64,000 nucleotides of DNA. It comes from Alphaproteobacteria bacterium. GTDB lineage: Bacteria > Pseudomonadota > Alphaproteobacteria > SP197. The stretch spans positions 128,001-192,000 of the forward strand of contig OZ219917.1 of the NCBI GenBank assembly GCA_964291415.2. The letters run 5' to 3'. The notes beneath the pieces are model-generated. The model searched no databases and was not told where the DNA came from. It was given only the letters and a program-made list of their open reading frames with translations. The position numbers were made by a program, and so were the translations under genes. Positions 1 to 9,875 of the stretch are shown here, one piece after another (positions within the stretch are counted from its first letter, which is position 1; each line of letters opens with the position of its first letter).

Positions 1-1
1 C

Positions 2-1342
2 ATCGGCTCGATTCCGGACGGGGAGTACTTCTTCGCCGACTTCATGGACGAGGATTCGCCGGATGGCTATCCGGCCCGCGTCGCCCTCAATCTGATCGTG
101 AAGGGCGACGAGATCGTCTTCGACTACACCGGCTCCGACCCCCAGCTGGCCTCCTCGATCAACGTTCCCACCGGTGGCGACGAACGCCACGTGCTGCTGA
201 TGGTCGGAGCGGTCTACGTGCTCTACACGCTCGACCCATCCATCCTCCGAAACCACGGTTTGCTCCGGCCGCTGCGCTGCATCCTGCCGGAAGGCTCCTT
301 CGTGAACCCCCGGTTCCCGGCCGCCGTCGGCATGAGAAGCCTCGGCGTGGGGCGCCTCATGTCGACCATCTTCGGCGCCTTCGCCCAGGCCCTGCCCGAC
401 CTGCTCCAGGGCGGTCCGGGAAGCGGCGGGCCCTTGCTCAACGTGCGCACCACCGACAACCGTTCAGGTAGAAGCGTGATGGCGAACATCAGCCCGATCA
501 CCGCCGGCGCCGGTGCGAGCGCGGCCGGCGACGGGTCGGAAGGCTGCGGCGCCAATCAGGCGTTCTTCAAGAACACGCCCGCCGAGATCAACGAGGCCGA
601 CGTGCCGATCCGCATCCTGGAATACGGCCTCGCTCCCGACTCGGCGGGCGCTGGACGGCATCGCGGCGGGCTTTCGACCACCATGCTGTTCCAGGTGTTC
701 GCGCCCAACACCGTGCTCACGGCGCGCAACCGCGACCGCATGGTCTTCACGCCGTGGGGAATTGCGGGCGGCGCGGCAGGCAAGTCGTCCCGGTTCACCC
801 GCAACCCCGGCACGACCGGAGAGGTCGACCTCGGCAATACTGATGTCGTGACGGTCGAACCCGGCGACATCATCCGCATCACGGCCGCCGGAGGCGGCGG
901 ATGGGGTCCGCCCCGCGAACGCGATCCCCGGGCCGTCATGGCCGATGTCAGGGGTGGTTTCGTGACCGTCGAGGGCGCCGCGCGCGACTACGGCGTGGTG
1001 ATTCGCGACGGCATGATCGATGAGGACGCCACCGCCGAGCGCCGCCGTGCCATGGCGGCGGCCGCCGGCAACGAGTTCTTCGGCCACAGTCCGGGCCGCG
1101 TCACCTTCGAGAAGGTCTGGACCCGCCAGCTCTACGACCGCCTCACGGATCTCCTGTGGAGCGTCCCGGTCAACTGGCGTTTCTTCGTCAAGCATCGCCT
1201 GTTCGCCGCTGTCGAGGCGCTCGACACCGACGACGTCGATCCCGCTACGCTCGACGACGCGCTGGCCGCCCTCATCGAAGAGCATCCGCAACTGCGCGAA
1301 TGGGGGGGCTGCCCGGACGTAAGCGGCGCCGTCGAGGTCTGA
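2..1342 (+). CDS. Hydantoinase B/oxoprolinase family protein (5' partial)
   Basis: Frame is open from window start (IGSIPDGEYFFADFMDED). Motifs DYTGSDPQ, NPRFPAAV, NTPAEINE, DSAGAGRHRGG, GGGGWGPP, ARDYGVV are typical of HyuB/OplB. Confidence 0.9.
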   Translation: MGSIPDGEYFFADFMDEDSPDGYPARVALNLIVKGDEIVFDYTGSDPQLASSINVPTGGDERHVLLMVGAVYVLYTLDPSILRNHGLLRPLRCILPEGSFVNPRFPAAVGMRSLGVGRLMSTIFGAFAQALPDLLQGGPGSGGPLLNVRTTDNRSGRSVMANISPITAGAGASAAGDGSEGCGANQAFFKNTPAEINEADVPIRILEYGLAPDSAGAGRHRGGLSTTMLFQVFAPNTVLTARNRDRMVFTPWGIAGGAAGKSSRFTRNPGTTGEVDLGNTDVVTVEPGDIIRITAAGGGGWGPPRERDPRAVMADVRGGFVTVEGAARDYGVVIRDGMIDEDATAERRRAMAAAAGNEFFGHSPGRVTFEKVWTRQLYDRLTDLLWSVPVNWRFFVKHRLFAAVEALDTDDVDPATLDDALAALIEEHPQLREWGGCPDVSGAVEV

Positions 1343-1477
1343 ATCCCTCGCAGTTCCGTCCCGGACCCTTCCGGTTCACCACCTGAATCGTCATGCGGCC
1401 GGTCGGTTGACCGTCCAAAGTGCCTTGCCTACCTTCCCATCGGAAGGCATGCCAATGCCGAGGGGGGTGGCAGACCG

Positions 1478-2662
1478 GTGCGGTTCGACGGCAACGTCTA
1501 CTATCACGAACTCGAGGTGTACCCCGAGGACAAGCTGTTCGACGAGTGGCGTGAAACCGCCATGATGCTCGACCAGGGCGGATTCACGACCTGCTGGCTG
1601 GGCGAGCACCACTTCTGGCACCGGGGCTATCCGGTCGCCTGCCCCAATCCCGTCCTCGTGGGCCTTCATCTGGCAAGCGTGACCAAGAACCTGCGCATGG
1701 GCCAGAGCGCGTGCATCCTGCCCGATCATCATCCCCTGCGCCTGGCCGAGGACATCGCAACCGCCGATCATCTCGTGAAGGGACGACTGGACATCGGCAT
1801 CGCCCGCGGAACCAACAGTTCGGCGGGGATCCAGTTCAAGCGCGAGGCCGACCGGCGCGACCCCAAGACGAACTACCGCCTGTTCGCCGAGGTCCTCGAC
1901 ATCATGATCAAGTGCTGGACCGAGGACGCCATGAGGCACGAAGGCGAGTTCTACACCTTCCCCGTGCCCGGCTGGTCCGAGCAGGACGAACGCTTCTACA
2001 AGGACGATCCCGACCACTACCACCCGGACGGCAGCCTGAGGGCGCTGGGCGTGACGCCCAAGCCCTACCAGAAGCCCTACCCGCCGATCTGGCAGTCAGC
2101 GGACAACACCATGTCCTACGCCTTTGCGGCGGAACGCGGCCATTCGGTGATCGGCATCAACCGGTCGTTCGAGGGCACGCGCGAGGCGTGGGCGAAGTAC
2201 CGGGAGGTGGCGTCGGAGCAGTGCGGCCGCCGGCTCGAGATGGGCGTGTGCGCCAACGGCCAGACCCTGAACCTCATGCGCACCTTCCATATCGCCGAGA
2301 CCCAGGAAGAGGCCGAGCGGGAGGCGCGCGCCGGCATCAACGCCTTCTACGACGCCGCGACCGGCCTCAACCCCAACTGGGCGCGCAAGGGTCTCCTGGC
2401 GAAGCACGAATCGCTCTCAGACGAGGACGAGAACCTCGACTGGTTCGACTTCCTGCAGAAGTACGAAGTGCTGGCGGTGGGCTCGCCTGATTTCGTCGCC
2501 GAGCGCATCCACAAGTTCCGCGAGGAACTCAACTGCCGGCACTTCACCCTGTGGCCGAATCCCGGCTTCGTGCCCTTCCACAAGGTGCTGCGCGGCATCG
2601 AGCTCTTCGCCGAACGGGTCATTCCGCAGTTCGAGCGGACCGAGGCCGAGGCCGCCGAGTAG
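1478..2662 (+). CDS. Luciferase-like (LLM class) flavin-dependent monooxygenase
   Basis: WLGEHHF, HPLRLAEDIATADHL, GRLDIGIARG, PKPYQKPYPPIW, C-terminal IELFAERVIP. Confidence 0.92.
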   Translation: MRFDGNVYYHELEVYPEDKLFDEWRETAMMLDQGGFTTCWLGEHHFWHRGYPVACPNPVLVGLHLASVTKNLRMGQSACILPDHHPLRLAEDIATADHLVKGRLDIGIARGTNSSAGIQFKREADRRDPKTNYRLFAEVLDIMIKCWTEDAMRHEGEFYTFPVPGWSEQDERFYKDDPDHYHPDGSLRALGVTPKPYQKPYPPIWQSADNTMSYAFAAERGHSVIGINRSFEGTREAWAKYREVASEQCGRRLEMGVCANGQTLNLMRTFHIAETQEEAEREARAGINAFYDAATGLNPNWARKGLLAKHESLSDEDENLDWFDFLQKYEVLAVGSPDFVAERIHKFREELNCRHFTLWPNPGFVPFHKVLRGIELFAERVIPQFERTEAEAAE

Positions 2663-2671
2663 CGGTTCACG

Positions 2672-3436
2672 ATGGACGTCGAGACAATGCCCACTTCCGC
2701 GACCTGCAGCGAAGAGGAACAGGCGCTTCGGCAGGATACCGCTGCGGCCTTCCGCCTGCTCGACAGGTACGGCATGTCGGATCTCACCAACGGCTCCGTG
2801 GTGTCGCGTCTGCCGGGCGAGGAGGGCTGGTTCCTGACCCATCCCCACGGCCTCTTCTTCGACGAGATCAGGGCCTCGGACCTGATCCGCGTCGACATGG
2901 ACGGTGAAGCGATCGACGATCCCGGAACGCCGACCAACTTTGCGGTGTGCCGGCCAGCGGCCTCGATCTTCCGGGCACGGCCCGACGTCAACGCCATCAT
3001 CCATGCCCACGGCATGGGCGTGATGGCGGTCGCCGCCCAGGAGCACGGCCTGCTGCCCTGCCTGACAGAGGCGGCGATCCCGTTCTACGAGCAGCTCGGC
3101 TACATCGAGGGCGACTTCTTTTTCGAACCCGAGTACTGCGTCCAGATCGCGCAGTGCCTGGGTCGCAACAGGGCTCTCATCTACCGGCACCATGCCTTCG
3201 CCAGCGTCGGCGCTCGAGTGGCGGAAGCCTTCTTCTACGCCTTCTCGCTCAACGTCGCCTGCGAGCTGCAGATGAAGATCACCTCGTCCGCCGAACCCTA
3301 TGTCGTTCCCTCCAGGGAGACCTGCGAGCGGCACTATCGCGCCGCCTATGGCGGCGACTGGAAGGCCGACGGATCGGTGGAGTGGCCAGGACTGCGGCGC
3401 ATGCTCGATCGCGACGATCCCTCCTACGCCCGGTAG
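2672..3436 (+). CDS. Class II aldolase/adducin family protein
   Basis: FLTHPHGLFFDEIRASDLIRVD, IFRARPDVNAIIHAH metal-binding motif, AFFYAFSLNVACELQ. Confidence 0.88.
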   Translation: MDVETMPTSATCSEEEQALRQDTAAAFRLLDRYGMSDLTNGSVVSRLPGEEGWFLTHPHGLFFDEIRASDLIRVDMDGEAIDDPGTPTNFAVCRPAASIFRARPDVNAIIHAHGMGVMAVAAQEHGLLPCLTEAAIPFYEQLGYIEGDFFFEPEYCVQIAQCLGRNRALIYRHHAFASVGARVAEAFFYAFSLNVACELQMKITSSAEPYVVPSRETCERHYRAAYGGDWKADGSVEWPGLRRMLDRDDPSYAR

Positions 3437-3580
3437 GGCCGATCGCGGTTTCGCGTCAGGCGACCGCGCAGCGCTGCAGCATCGTATCGAACCGGCCGCT
3501 CGCTTCCGGCGGAGCCCCACCTTGTGAGAGTCTCGTGCGCTGGCCGGATAGCCACGTTTGCGCGTTCCTTTCCGTCTCGA
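3426..3580. repeat. Imperfect direct repeat of 5706-5860 (aldolase stop region plus 3' end of the bacterioferritin-like gene)
   Basis: Both copies share ACGCCCGGTAG...GCGTCAGGCGACCGC...GTATCGAACCGGCCGCTCGCTTCCGGCGGAGCCCC...GCCACGTTTGCGCGTTCCTTTCC. Confidence 0.93.
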
Positions 3581-3586
3581 GGAAAT

Positions 3587-3723
3587 GGGAAGTCAACTGT
3601 CAGCACTTCACCCTGTAGCCACCCCCTTTCGTGCCCTTCAGGAAGGTGTTGCGCGGCATCGAGTCTTTTGCCGTACGGGTCATTCCGCAGTTCGAGAGGA
3701 CCGAGGCGCAGACCGCCGAGTAA
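3587..3723 (+). repeat. Degenerate copy of the 3' end of the LLM gene (2523-2662)
   Basis: GTCAACTGTCAGCACTTCACCCTGTAG...GTCATTCCGCAGTTCGAGAGGACCGAGGCGCAGACCGCCGAGTAA aligns with CTCAACTGCCGGCACTTCACCCTGTGG...GTCATTCCGCAGTTCGAGCGGACCGAGGCCGAGGCCGCCGAGTAG. Confidence 0.9.
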
Positions 3724-4241
3724 GGGCACGCCGCGCCGGAGCAATTCCGGACTGGTCGATGCCGTCGCACGGAACCGAGGCGTTTCCAGCTATTCCTGAC
3801 GCCTCGAAAGAACGCGGCCTCCCCGATGGCGGGGTCGCCAGGGTAGCAGCGGGAAACCGGCTGCGATTGGTCTCAACGTCGTTTGGGCTTCGGGCCTGAC
3901 CTCAACGGCACGATTTGCGACAGACCGCGCCTACCGCCGTTATGACTCTGCTGATCCCGCCAGCCGGCTGGTGAGGGCGGAGTCGGAGACCCGCTGAAAC
4001 GCCAGACTCACCGGCGTTGCCGAGGTCGAGGCAATGATCGCGGAGTGCGATGCGATCACGCCGCCATGCTGGAAGTCGTCGGCTGCCACCTTCGCGACCT
4101 TCGGTTGCAATGCCGGTTTGCAGGCCAAACGCCTTGACCTCTAGGGAGTTTATGGCAAGAGAGCATAAACTGACAGGCTGGCCAGGTGCCGGCCCGCAAC
4201 GGTTTATGCCGGTTGCGGATAAACTATGTGGAAGCGGCTGA

Positions 4242-5414
4242 ATGGACCCACGTTTCAATCCCTACGCGCCCGGCGCGGGAACGCCGCCGCCCGAACTGGC
4301 AGGGCGAGATGCCGTCCTCGCCGACGCCCGTCTTGCGATACAGCGCAACAGGTCGGGCCGATCAGCCCGCAGCTTTATGTTTGTGGGTTTGCGCGGTGTG
4401 GGCAAGACAGTCCTGCTGAACGAAGTTCAGGCCATGGCCGAGGAAGAAGGGGCGCTGACCGATTTCATTGAGGTTGCCCGCAAGGAGCCGCTTTCGAAAT
4501 CGATCATTGCAACTCTCCGATCGATTCTGCTTAAGCTCGACCGGATCAAGGGCGTGAGCGAGCACGTCAAGAAAGGCCTGCGGGTTCTCAAGAGTTTCGT
4601 CGGCGCGGTGTCGGTGAGGGTGGAGGGCGTCGAATTCGCGGTGGACATCGATGGAGAGCCAGGCATTGCCGACAGTGGGACGCTGAGCCGTGACCTCGCC
4701 GAGGTCTTCGTGGCCGCCGGCGAGGCCGCCAGAGCCCGCAATACCTCGATCGTGATTCTGATCGACGAAATCCAGAGTCTGCCGCGCGAGGAATTCGAGG
4801 CGCTCATCATGGCCGTGCACCGCACGGACCAGAAACGGCTTCCCCTACTTGTCGTCGGGGCGGGTCTGCCACTGCTGGTCAGGCTTTCCGGCAACGCGAA
4901 AACCTACGCGGAACGTCTCTTCGAATATCCGGATATCGGGGCGCTGGATCCCGTCGAGGCAACGCGGGCCCTGGTGAAACCCGCCGCACAGGCGAATGTC
5001 ACATTCGACGACGAGGCGATCGCTGCGGTCGTCCGCGAGACCCAAGGCTATCCCTACTTCCTCCAAGAGTGGGGATACCAGACCTGGAACGCGGCACCAG
5101 TATCGCCGATCATGAAGGAAGATGTGGCAAGATCGAGTGAAGCCGCGATCCAACGCCTAGATCAGAATTTCTTCAGGTCGCGATACGAGCGGTTGTCGGA
5201 ACCGCAGAAGGCCTACCTAGACGCGATGGCACGATGCGGTTCGGGTCCCCATCGGACGGGAGACATTGCCAAGGCTATAGGGAAGTCGTCGCGGCAGATG
5301 GGTCCGACGCGGGAGGCGCTGATCGCTGGCGGCATGATCTACAGCCCGCGATACGGGTATGCCGCGTTCACCGTGCCTCTATTCGATGCCTTCATGAAAC
5401 GGATCCATGGATAG
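4242..5414 (+). CDS. AAA+/P-loop ATPase (AAA_16-like) with probable C-terminal winged HTH
   Basis: N-terminal NPYAPGAGTPPPELAGRD, Walker A GLRGVGKT, Walker B ILIDEIQ, GYPYFLQ, C-terminal GMIYSPRYGYAAFTVPLF. Confidence 0.88.
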   Translation: MDPRFNPYAPGAGTPPPELAGRDAVLADARLAIQRNRSGRSARSFMFVGLRGVGKTVLLNEVQAMAEEEGALTDFIEVARKEPLSKSIIATLRSILLKLDRIKGVSEHVKKGLRVLKSFVGAVSVRVEGVEFAVDIDGEPGIADSGTLSRDLAEVFVAAGEAARARNTSIVILIDEIQSLPREEFEALIMAVHRTDQKRLPLLVVGAGLPLLVRLSGNAKTYAERLFEYPDIGALDPVEATRALVKPAAQANVTFDDEAIAAVVRETQGYPYFLQEWGYQTWNAAPVSPIMKEDVARSSEAAIQRLDQNFFRSRYERLSEPQKAYLDAMARCGSGPHRTGDIAKAIGKSSRQMGPTREALIAGGMIYSPRYGYAAFTVPLFDAFMKRIHG

Positions 5415-5477
5415 GCGCAGCTTCCGTTCAAAGGCGAACTCCTCGAAGGCTGGCTTGGCATCCCAGTCTTGCGTCCC

Positions 5478-5707
5478 GAGGTCTTCATGGACGAAACACC
5501 CGCAGCTGATCGGCGAGACACGCCAGCCGGTCACCTTGGCGCCGGCACAGCCGGTGCATGAAGACGAGACTCTACGCCACCAGGTCACCGCATGGCGACC
5601 TCACGCGACCGCATCCAGGACAAGGTGAACCGGCAGTTCACCACCGTCGATGCTCGCGTCAAGCTCAAACGCCTTTACCCGACACTTGACCATTGACAGG
5701 ACACCAC
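5478..5707 (+). mobile_element. IS630-family transposase remnant (internally deleted) with probable right end
   Basis: Fragments translate to VFMDETP/QLIGETRQPVTLAPAQP (first-Asp region) and RDRIQDKVNRQFTTVDARVKLKRLYPTLDH* (TGA 5694-5696), the characteristic IS630 C-terminus. TGACAGGACAC follows, resembling a terminal IR. Confidence 0.75.
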
Positions 5708-5735
5708 GCCCGGTAGGACCAATCGCGGATTGGCG

Positions 5736-6812
5736 TCAGGCGACCGCCCAGCGCTGCAGCATGGTATCGAACCGGCCGCTCGCTTCCGGCGGAGCCCCTC
5801 CTTCTGAGAGTCTCGTGCGCTGGCCGGATAGCCACGTTTGCGCGTTCCTTTCCTTCTCGAGCGAACGAGAGAGGATGTCGACCGCCCCGGGTTCCGACGC
5901 CTCGTGCGCCAGTGTCTTCGCATCCTCGAGAGCGGTGATGAGAGCCTCCGTGAGCTCGAGATCGTGGCCGATGGCCGCCAGCGGCCCGGAGCCGACCTTC
6001 ACGCGATGGGCGAGCCGGATGTCCGGTCTGAAGACCGGCCGCGGCTCGGCCCCCAGAAGGATGATGCGCTGCGCCACCCGGAACGCGAACGTCATCTCGT
6101 CGACGGAGTGCCCGATCCTGACCTCGCCAAGCGCGGTCTCGCCGCATTGCTCCAACATGAATCCCTGCAGGAAAAACTGCTCGATAGCGAGGAAGTGGTT
6201 GCACAGGACCGTGTTCAACACGGCAATCAGGACCTGGTCCACCGGCCGGTCCGCACTGGTTTCGCCGGCCAGGAATCTCTCGTCGGTGTCCTCCAGAGAC
6301 TCGAGGAAGTCCTCCAGCGACCTCCCCTCGGCGTTCGAAGCCGGCTCACCCGACTCCGACAGCGCGAGGTTTCTGGCCGCTTCGGCCCTTCGCTGCAATT
6401 CGGCGACGAATGCGGCGCCTTCCTCGATCAGACCGTCGAGCCCCGGCGACGTCCCGGATGCGCTCCTCGCCCGTTGGAGCGATGCCAGATTCCGGGCCAT
6501 CAGGCTCAGGTCCGACAGCCATACCTCCTTCTCCCGCACCTGGAAATCGGGCTCTCCGCGGTCGGGACTCCCGGCCGAGCCGTCCGGGTCGAGCGCCATA
6601 CCCCGGCGCTGCATCTCGCGGATGAGCTGCATGAGCCGCCGGGTCTCCGCGAGATTGTCGGCGTAGGCAAGCTCCGCGGCCGTCCTCTCCCCGTGAAACC
6701 TCAGGCAAAGCGACTGCACGAAACCCCTGTTGACCATGGTGAGCCTGTCGCCCAGGGCCAGGTTCAGGTCGACGTCGGGTCCCTCGCCCTCCATGTCTCG
6801 GCCGGCACCCAT
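5736..6812 (-). CDS. Tandem two-domain bacterioferritin-like protein with degenerate ferroxidase centres
   Basis: Second half LNTVLCNHFLAIEQFFLQ...HSVDEMTFAFRVAQRIILLG...HDLELT...QTWLSGQ aligns with Bfr. First half LNLALGDRLTMVNRGF...AYADNLAETRR...SDLSL is a more distant Bfr-like repeat. Confidence 0.7.
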   Translation of the reverse strand: MGAGRDMEGEGPDVDLNLALGDRLTMVNRGFVQSLCLRFHGERTAAELAYADNLAETRRLMQLIREMQRRGMALDPDGSAGSPDRGEPDFQVREKEVWLSDLSLMARNLASLQRARSASGTSPGLDGLIEEGAAFVAELQRRAEAARNLALSESGEPASNAEGRSLEDFLESLEDTDERFLAGETSADRPVDQVLIAVLNTVLCNHFLAIEQFFLQGFMLEQCGETALGEVRIGHSVDEMTFAFRVAQRIILLGAEPRPVFRPDIRLAHRVKVGSGPLAAIGHDLELTEALITALEDAKTLAHEASEPGAVDILSRSLEKERNAQTWLSGQRTRLSEGGAPPEASGRFDTMLQRWAVA

Positions 6813-7743
6813 CTACAGACCCTCTGCAAGGGCGCGTATGTGTTCGACTCCCACGCCGCAGCAGCCTCCCACGATCGCGGCTCCGGCGTCGATCCAGCGT
6901 CTGGCGTCGGCGAGATACGCCTCCGGTGTCACCTGGTCGACGAACGTCCAGTTCGGCCGCGCCCAGTAACCCGCGTTGGGATAGGCGCCGACGGGACCGG
7001 AGTAGGCCGCGCGCAGGATCTTGACGGCGTCCTCGGTCACGTCGCGGACCGAGTGCATCATGAGGACGGCCGAGCCGCCGACGGACATGATGTCGCCCAC
7101 CGCGTCGCCCAGCGGGCCGTGGATCTCCACCTCATCGGGGGCTTCGCGGCTTTCCTCGATGCCGAACATGACGGCGCCGGTGTCGCGGGCGCGAACGCAG
7201 CTCAACGACACCCACACGGGCACGCCGAGATCGCTCGTCGCGTTCACCATGGCCTTGACGGTACGCGCGGTGGATCCCAGGGTCTCGAGAATCAGCAGAT
7301 CGACGCCCTCTTCGACCAGGATCTCCCCCTGGGCCCGGAAGTGACCGGACATCGTCTCGATGTCGAGACCGTCGAACCGGCCGTAGCTGCTGACCGAGCC
7401 CGCCACGACGACCGACCCTGAGCGCTGCGGACCGGTCGCGCTCCTCGCGGGCGATGCGCGCCGAGCGCCGGTTCCAGTCCTCGAAGTCATCGCCCAGTCC
7501 GCAGCGCTGCATCGCCTCCCGGGTGGCGGAGAAACTGTTGGTGGTGATGACATCCGCGCCCGCATCGATGTAGCGGCGATGGACCTGGTGAACCATGTCC
7601 GGATAGTCGGCCAGCGCCCGGGCGCACCAGACCTCCTGGTCCATGCCCGCACCCAGGCGCTCGAGCTCGGTGCCGATGGCGCCATCCAGAATCACCGGCC
7701 CTCCGTTTTGCAGCAGGGTTTCGAGTCGCTGGACCTGTGTCAT
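6813..7743 (-). CDS. Homocysteine S-methyltransferase family protein, frameshifted near 7420
   Basis: ILDGAIGTELERLG and AGADVITTNSF lie in the ORF from 7743; VVVAGSVS, GAYPNAG and IVGGCCG lie in the second frame ending at 6813. Confidence 0.85.
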
Positions 7744-8019
7744 GTGTGAATTCCTCCGACCGCAAGAGTTGCGGAAAGCCTCTGCATCCGGTCGAGATTA
7801 CGCCGAAACCGGAACCGGAACATCCCGTTCACGCCCGGTCGGCCAGCCAGGCCAACGATCCACAACAAGCTCCAGGGCCCGTGTGCTTCGACCGGACGTC
7901 CCGTCGATTTGATCCGGATGACCGCTATGATCTTCGGCCCAACGCATGACAATGCTGGCCGGCTGGCATCGGAACCAGCCCTGCAACCCGAACCGGACAA
8001 TCAGTTCCAGGAGCGCGCC

Positions 8020-9012
8020 ATGAACCTGACGAAAACCATGGACATCCGCACCGTCGGCCTTGTCGGCGCAGGCGTGATCGGCAGCGGCTGGGCGGCGCGC
8101 TGTCTGGGCGCCGGCCTCGACGTGATCGCGACCGATCCCTCGCCGGCGGCCGAGGCGCTGATGCGCGAGAACATCGACAACGCCTGGCCCGCCGTCGAAC
8201 GGCTGGGCCTGGCGGCCGGCGCGACGAGGGAGAGGCTGACCTTCACGCCCGACCTCGCGGAGGCGGTCTCGGGCGCCGATTTCGTGCAGGAGAGCGTGCC
8301 CGAGCGCGAGGACGTCAAGATCGCCGTCTTCCGGGACATCTCCCGGCACTGTCGGGGCGACGTGGTGATCGCATCGAGTTCCTCGGGCCTTCTGCCGAGC
8401 CGCATCCAGTCGCAGACCGACAATCCGTCGCGCGTCGTGATCGGCCACCCCTTCTCGCCCGTCTATGCCCTGCCGCTGGTCGAGATCACCGGCGGCGAGC
8501 AGACTTCGCACGATGCCGTGGTGGCGGCGGGCGGCTTCTACAAGAGGATCGGCATGCGGCCGCTTCACGTCCGCAAGGAGATCGACGCCTACCTCTCCGA
8601 CCGCCTGCAGTGCGCCATGTGGCACGAGGCGCTGCACCTCATCGACGAGGGCGTCGCCACGGTGCCGGAAATCGACGCCGCGATCACGGGCGGACCCGGG
8701 CTGCGCTGGGCAGTGATGGGGATGTGTCTCGCGTGGCACGCGGCGGGAGGACCGGGCGGCATGCGCCACACCATGGAGCAGTTCGGCCCTACCCTGGAAT
8801 TGCCCTGGACCAAGCTGAAGCCGCCGAAGCTGACCGACGAGCTGCGCGAGGCGATCATCACCGGCAGCGAGGACGAGGCAGGCAGCCGTGACTTCCGCGA
8901 GATCGAGCGCCGCCGCGACGCCTGCATCGTCGGCTTCCTCGAGGTGCTGAAGGAGCACTGGTATCCGCCCGAGGACGACGGCTGGCCCGAGCTCGATACC
9001 GCGAGCGCCTGA
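8020..9012 (+). CDS. lcdH: L-carnitine dehydrogenase-like 3-hydroxyacyl-CoA dehydrogenase family protein
   Basis: GAGVIGSGWAAR Rossmann motif, FVQESVPERE, IASSSSGLLPS, GHPFSPVY, GPGLRWA, HTMEQFGPTLELPWTKL. AGGAG precedes ATG 8020. Confidence 0.8.
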   Translation: MNLTKTMDIRTVGLVGAGVIGSGWAARCLGAGLDVIATDPSPAAEALMRENIDNAWPAVERLGLAAGATRERLTFTPDLAEAVSGADFVQESVPEREDVKIAVFRDISRHCRGDVVIASSSSGLLPSRIQSQTDNPSRVVIGHPFSPVYALPLVEITGGEQTSHDAVVAAGGFYKRIGMRPLHVRKEIDAYLSDRLQCAMWHEALHLIDEGVATVPEIDAAITGGPGLRWAVMGMCLAWHAAGGPGGMRHTMEQFGPTLELPWTKLKPPKLTDELREAIITGSEDEAGSRDFREIERRRDACIVGFLEVLKEHWYPPEDDGWPELDTASA

Positions 9013-9203
9013 ATCTCAGGGTCGGCAACGACGGCGACCGGAAGCGGATACGGATGGGACGTCGGCGGATGGATGGGACGCCTGGTCATCGCAGAGGAAC
9101 CGTCAGGGAGGCAAGGGCACGCCGGTTCTACGCCCGCACGCAGCCTTTTCCGGAGTCCGTTGCTCTGTTATCCGTGGGCGGCAACTGAGCCGAGGGTCCG
9201 TGA

Positions 9204-9761
9204 ATGTCGCTGTTGATCGCTGGTCTCGTGCTGTTCATGGCAATCCACCTGGTGCCGAAGGCGCCGCGATTGCGCCTTTCTCTGGTCGAACGGTTGGGAG
9301 CGAAGCCCTATCGCGGCGTGTTCAGCGCGGTCGTGCTGCTCTCTCTTGTGGCCGTTGTGTGGGGCTTCTCGCGTTCCCCCTTCGAAGAGATCTACGTACC
9401 CCCGGCCTGGGGGCATCAAGCATCGATGATCCTGGTGCCGATCGCGCTGGTGCTGTTTGCTGCGGCCAACATGCCCACCCGCATACGCGCCCTGGTTCAC
9501 CACCCGATGCTGCTCGGGCTGCTGCTGTGGGCCTTCGCCCACCTTCTCTCCAATGGCGACGTGCGCTCCGTCGTTCTGTTCGGCGGCTTCGCGTTGTTCG
9601 CGGTGGTCGAGATTGTCAGCGCCGTAGCGCGAGGCAAGGGCCCGCCGAAGGAGCCGGCGCCCCGCATCACCATGGATGTCGCCGCTGTCATCGGCGGCGT
9701 CGTTGTCGCCGGGCTCCTGGCGGGGTTCCACGGCACGCTCTTCGGTGTGCCGGTGATGTAA
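9204..9761 (+). CDS. NnrU family membrane protein
   Basis: LIAGLVLFMAIH, YRGVFSAVVL, HPMLLGLLLWAFAHLLSNGD, FHGTLFGV. Confidence 0.88.
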   Translation: MSLLIAGLVLFMAIHLVPKAPRLRLSLVERLGAKPYRGVFSAVVLLSLVAVVWGFSRSPFEEIYVPPAWGHQASMILVPIALVLFAAANMPTRIRALVHHPMLLGLLLWAFAHLLSNGDVRSVVLFGGFALFAVVEIVSAVARGKGPPKEPAPRITMDVAAVIGGVVVAGLLAGFHGTLFGVPVM

Positions 9762-9789
9762 TGTCCTCCTGAAAGCGCAGCCGTTTCGC

Positions 9790-9825
9790 GTGCGGCGGGC
9801 GCTGCGGCTCAAGCGCCGGTTGCAC
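9790..9825 (+). repeat. GC-rich hairpin core, present three times (9790-9825, ~12009-12044, ~14532-14563)
   Basis: GTGCGGCGGGCGCT-GCGGCTCA-AGCGCCGGTTGCAC forms a 14-bp stem with two G.U pairs and one mismatch. CTGCGGCTCAAGCGCYGGTTGCAC recurs at the two other cassette junctions. Confidence 0.75.
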
Positions 9826-9875
9826 TGCGATGAAGGTTCGATGCCGTCTGCAATGCCGGTGCCGACAGTCTTGGT

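Noticed and set aside
3730-4240. Short ORFs upstream of the AAA ATPase
   Set aside because: No convincing start, motif or family resemblance; possibly decayed sequence.
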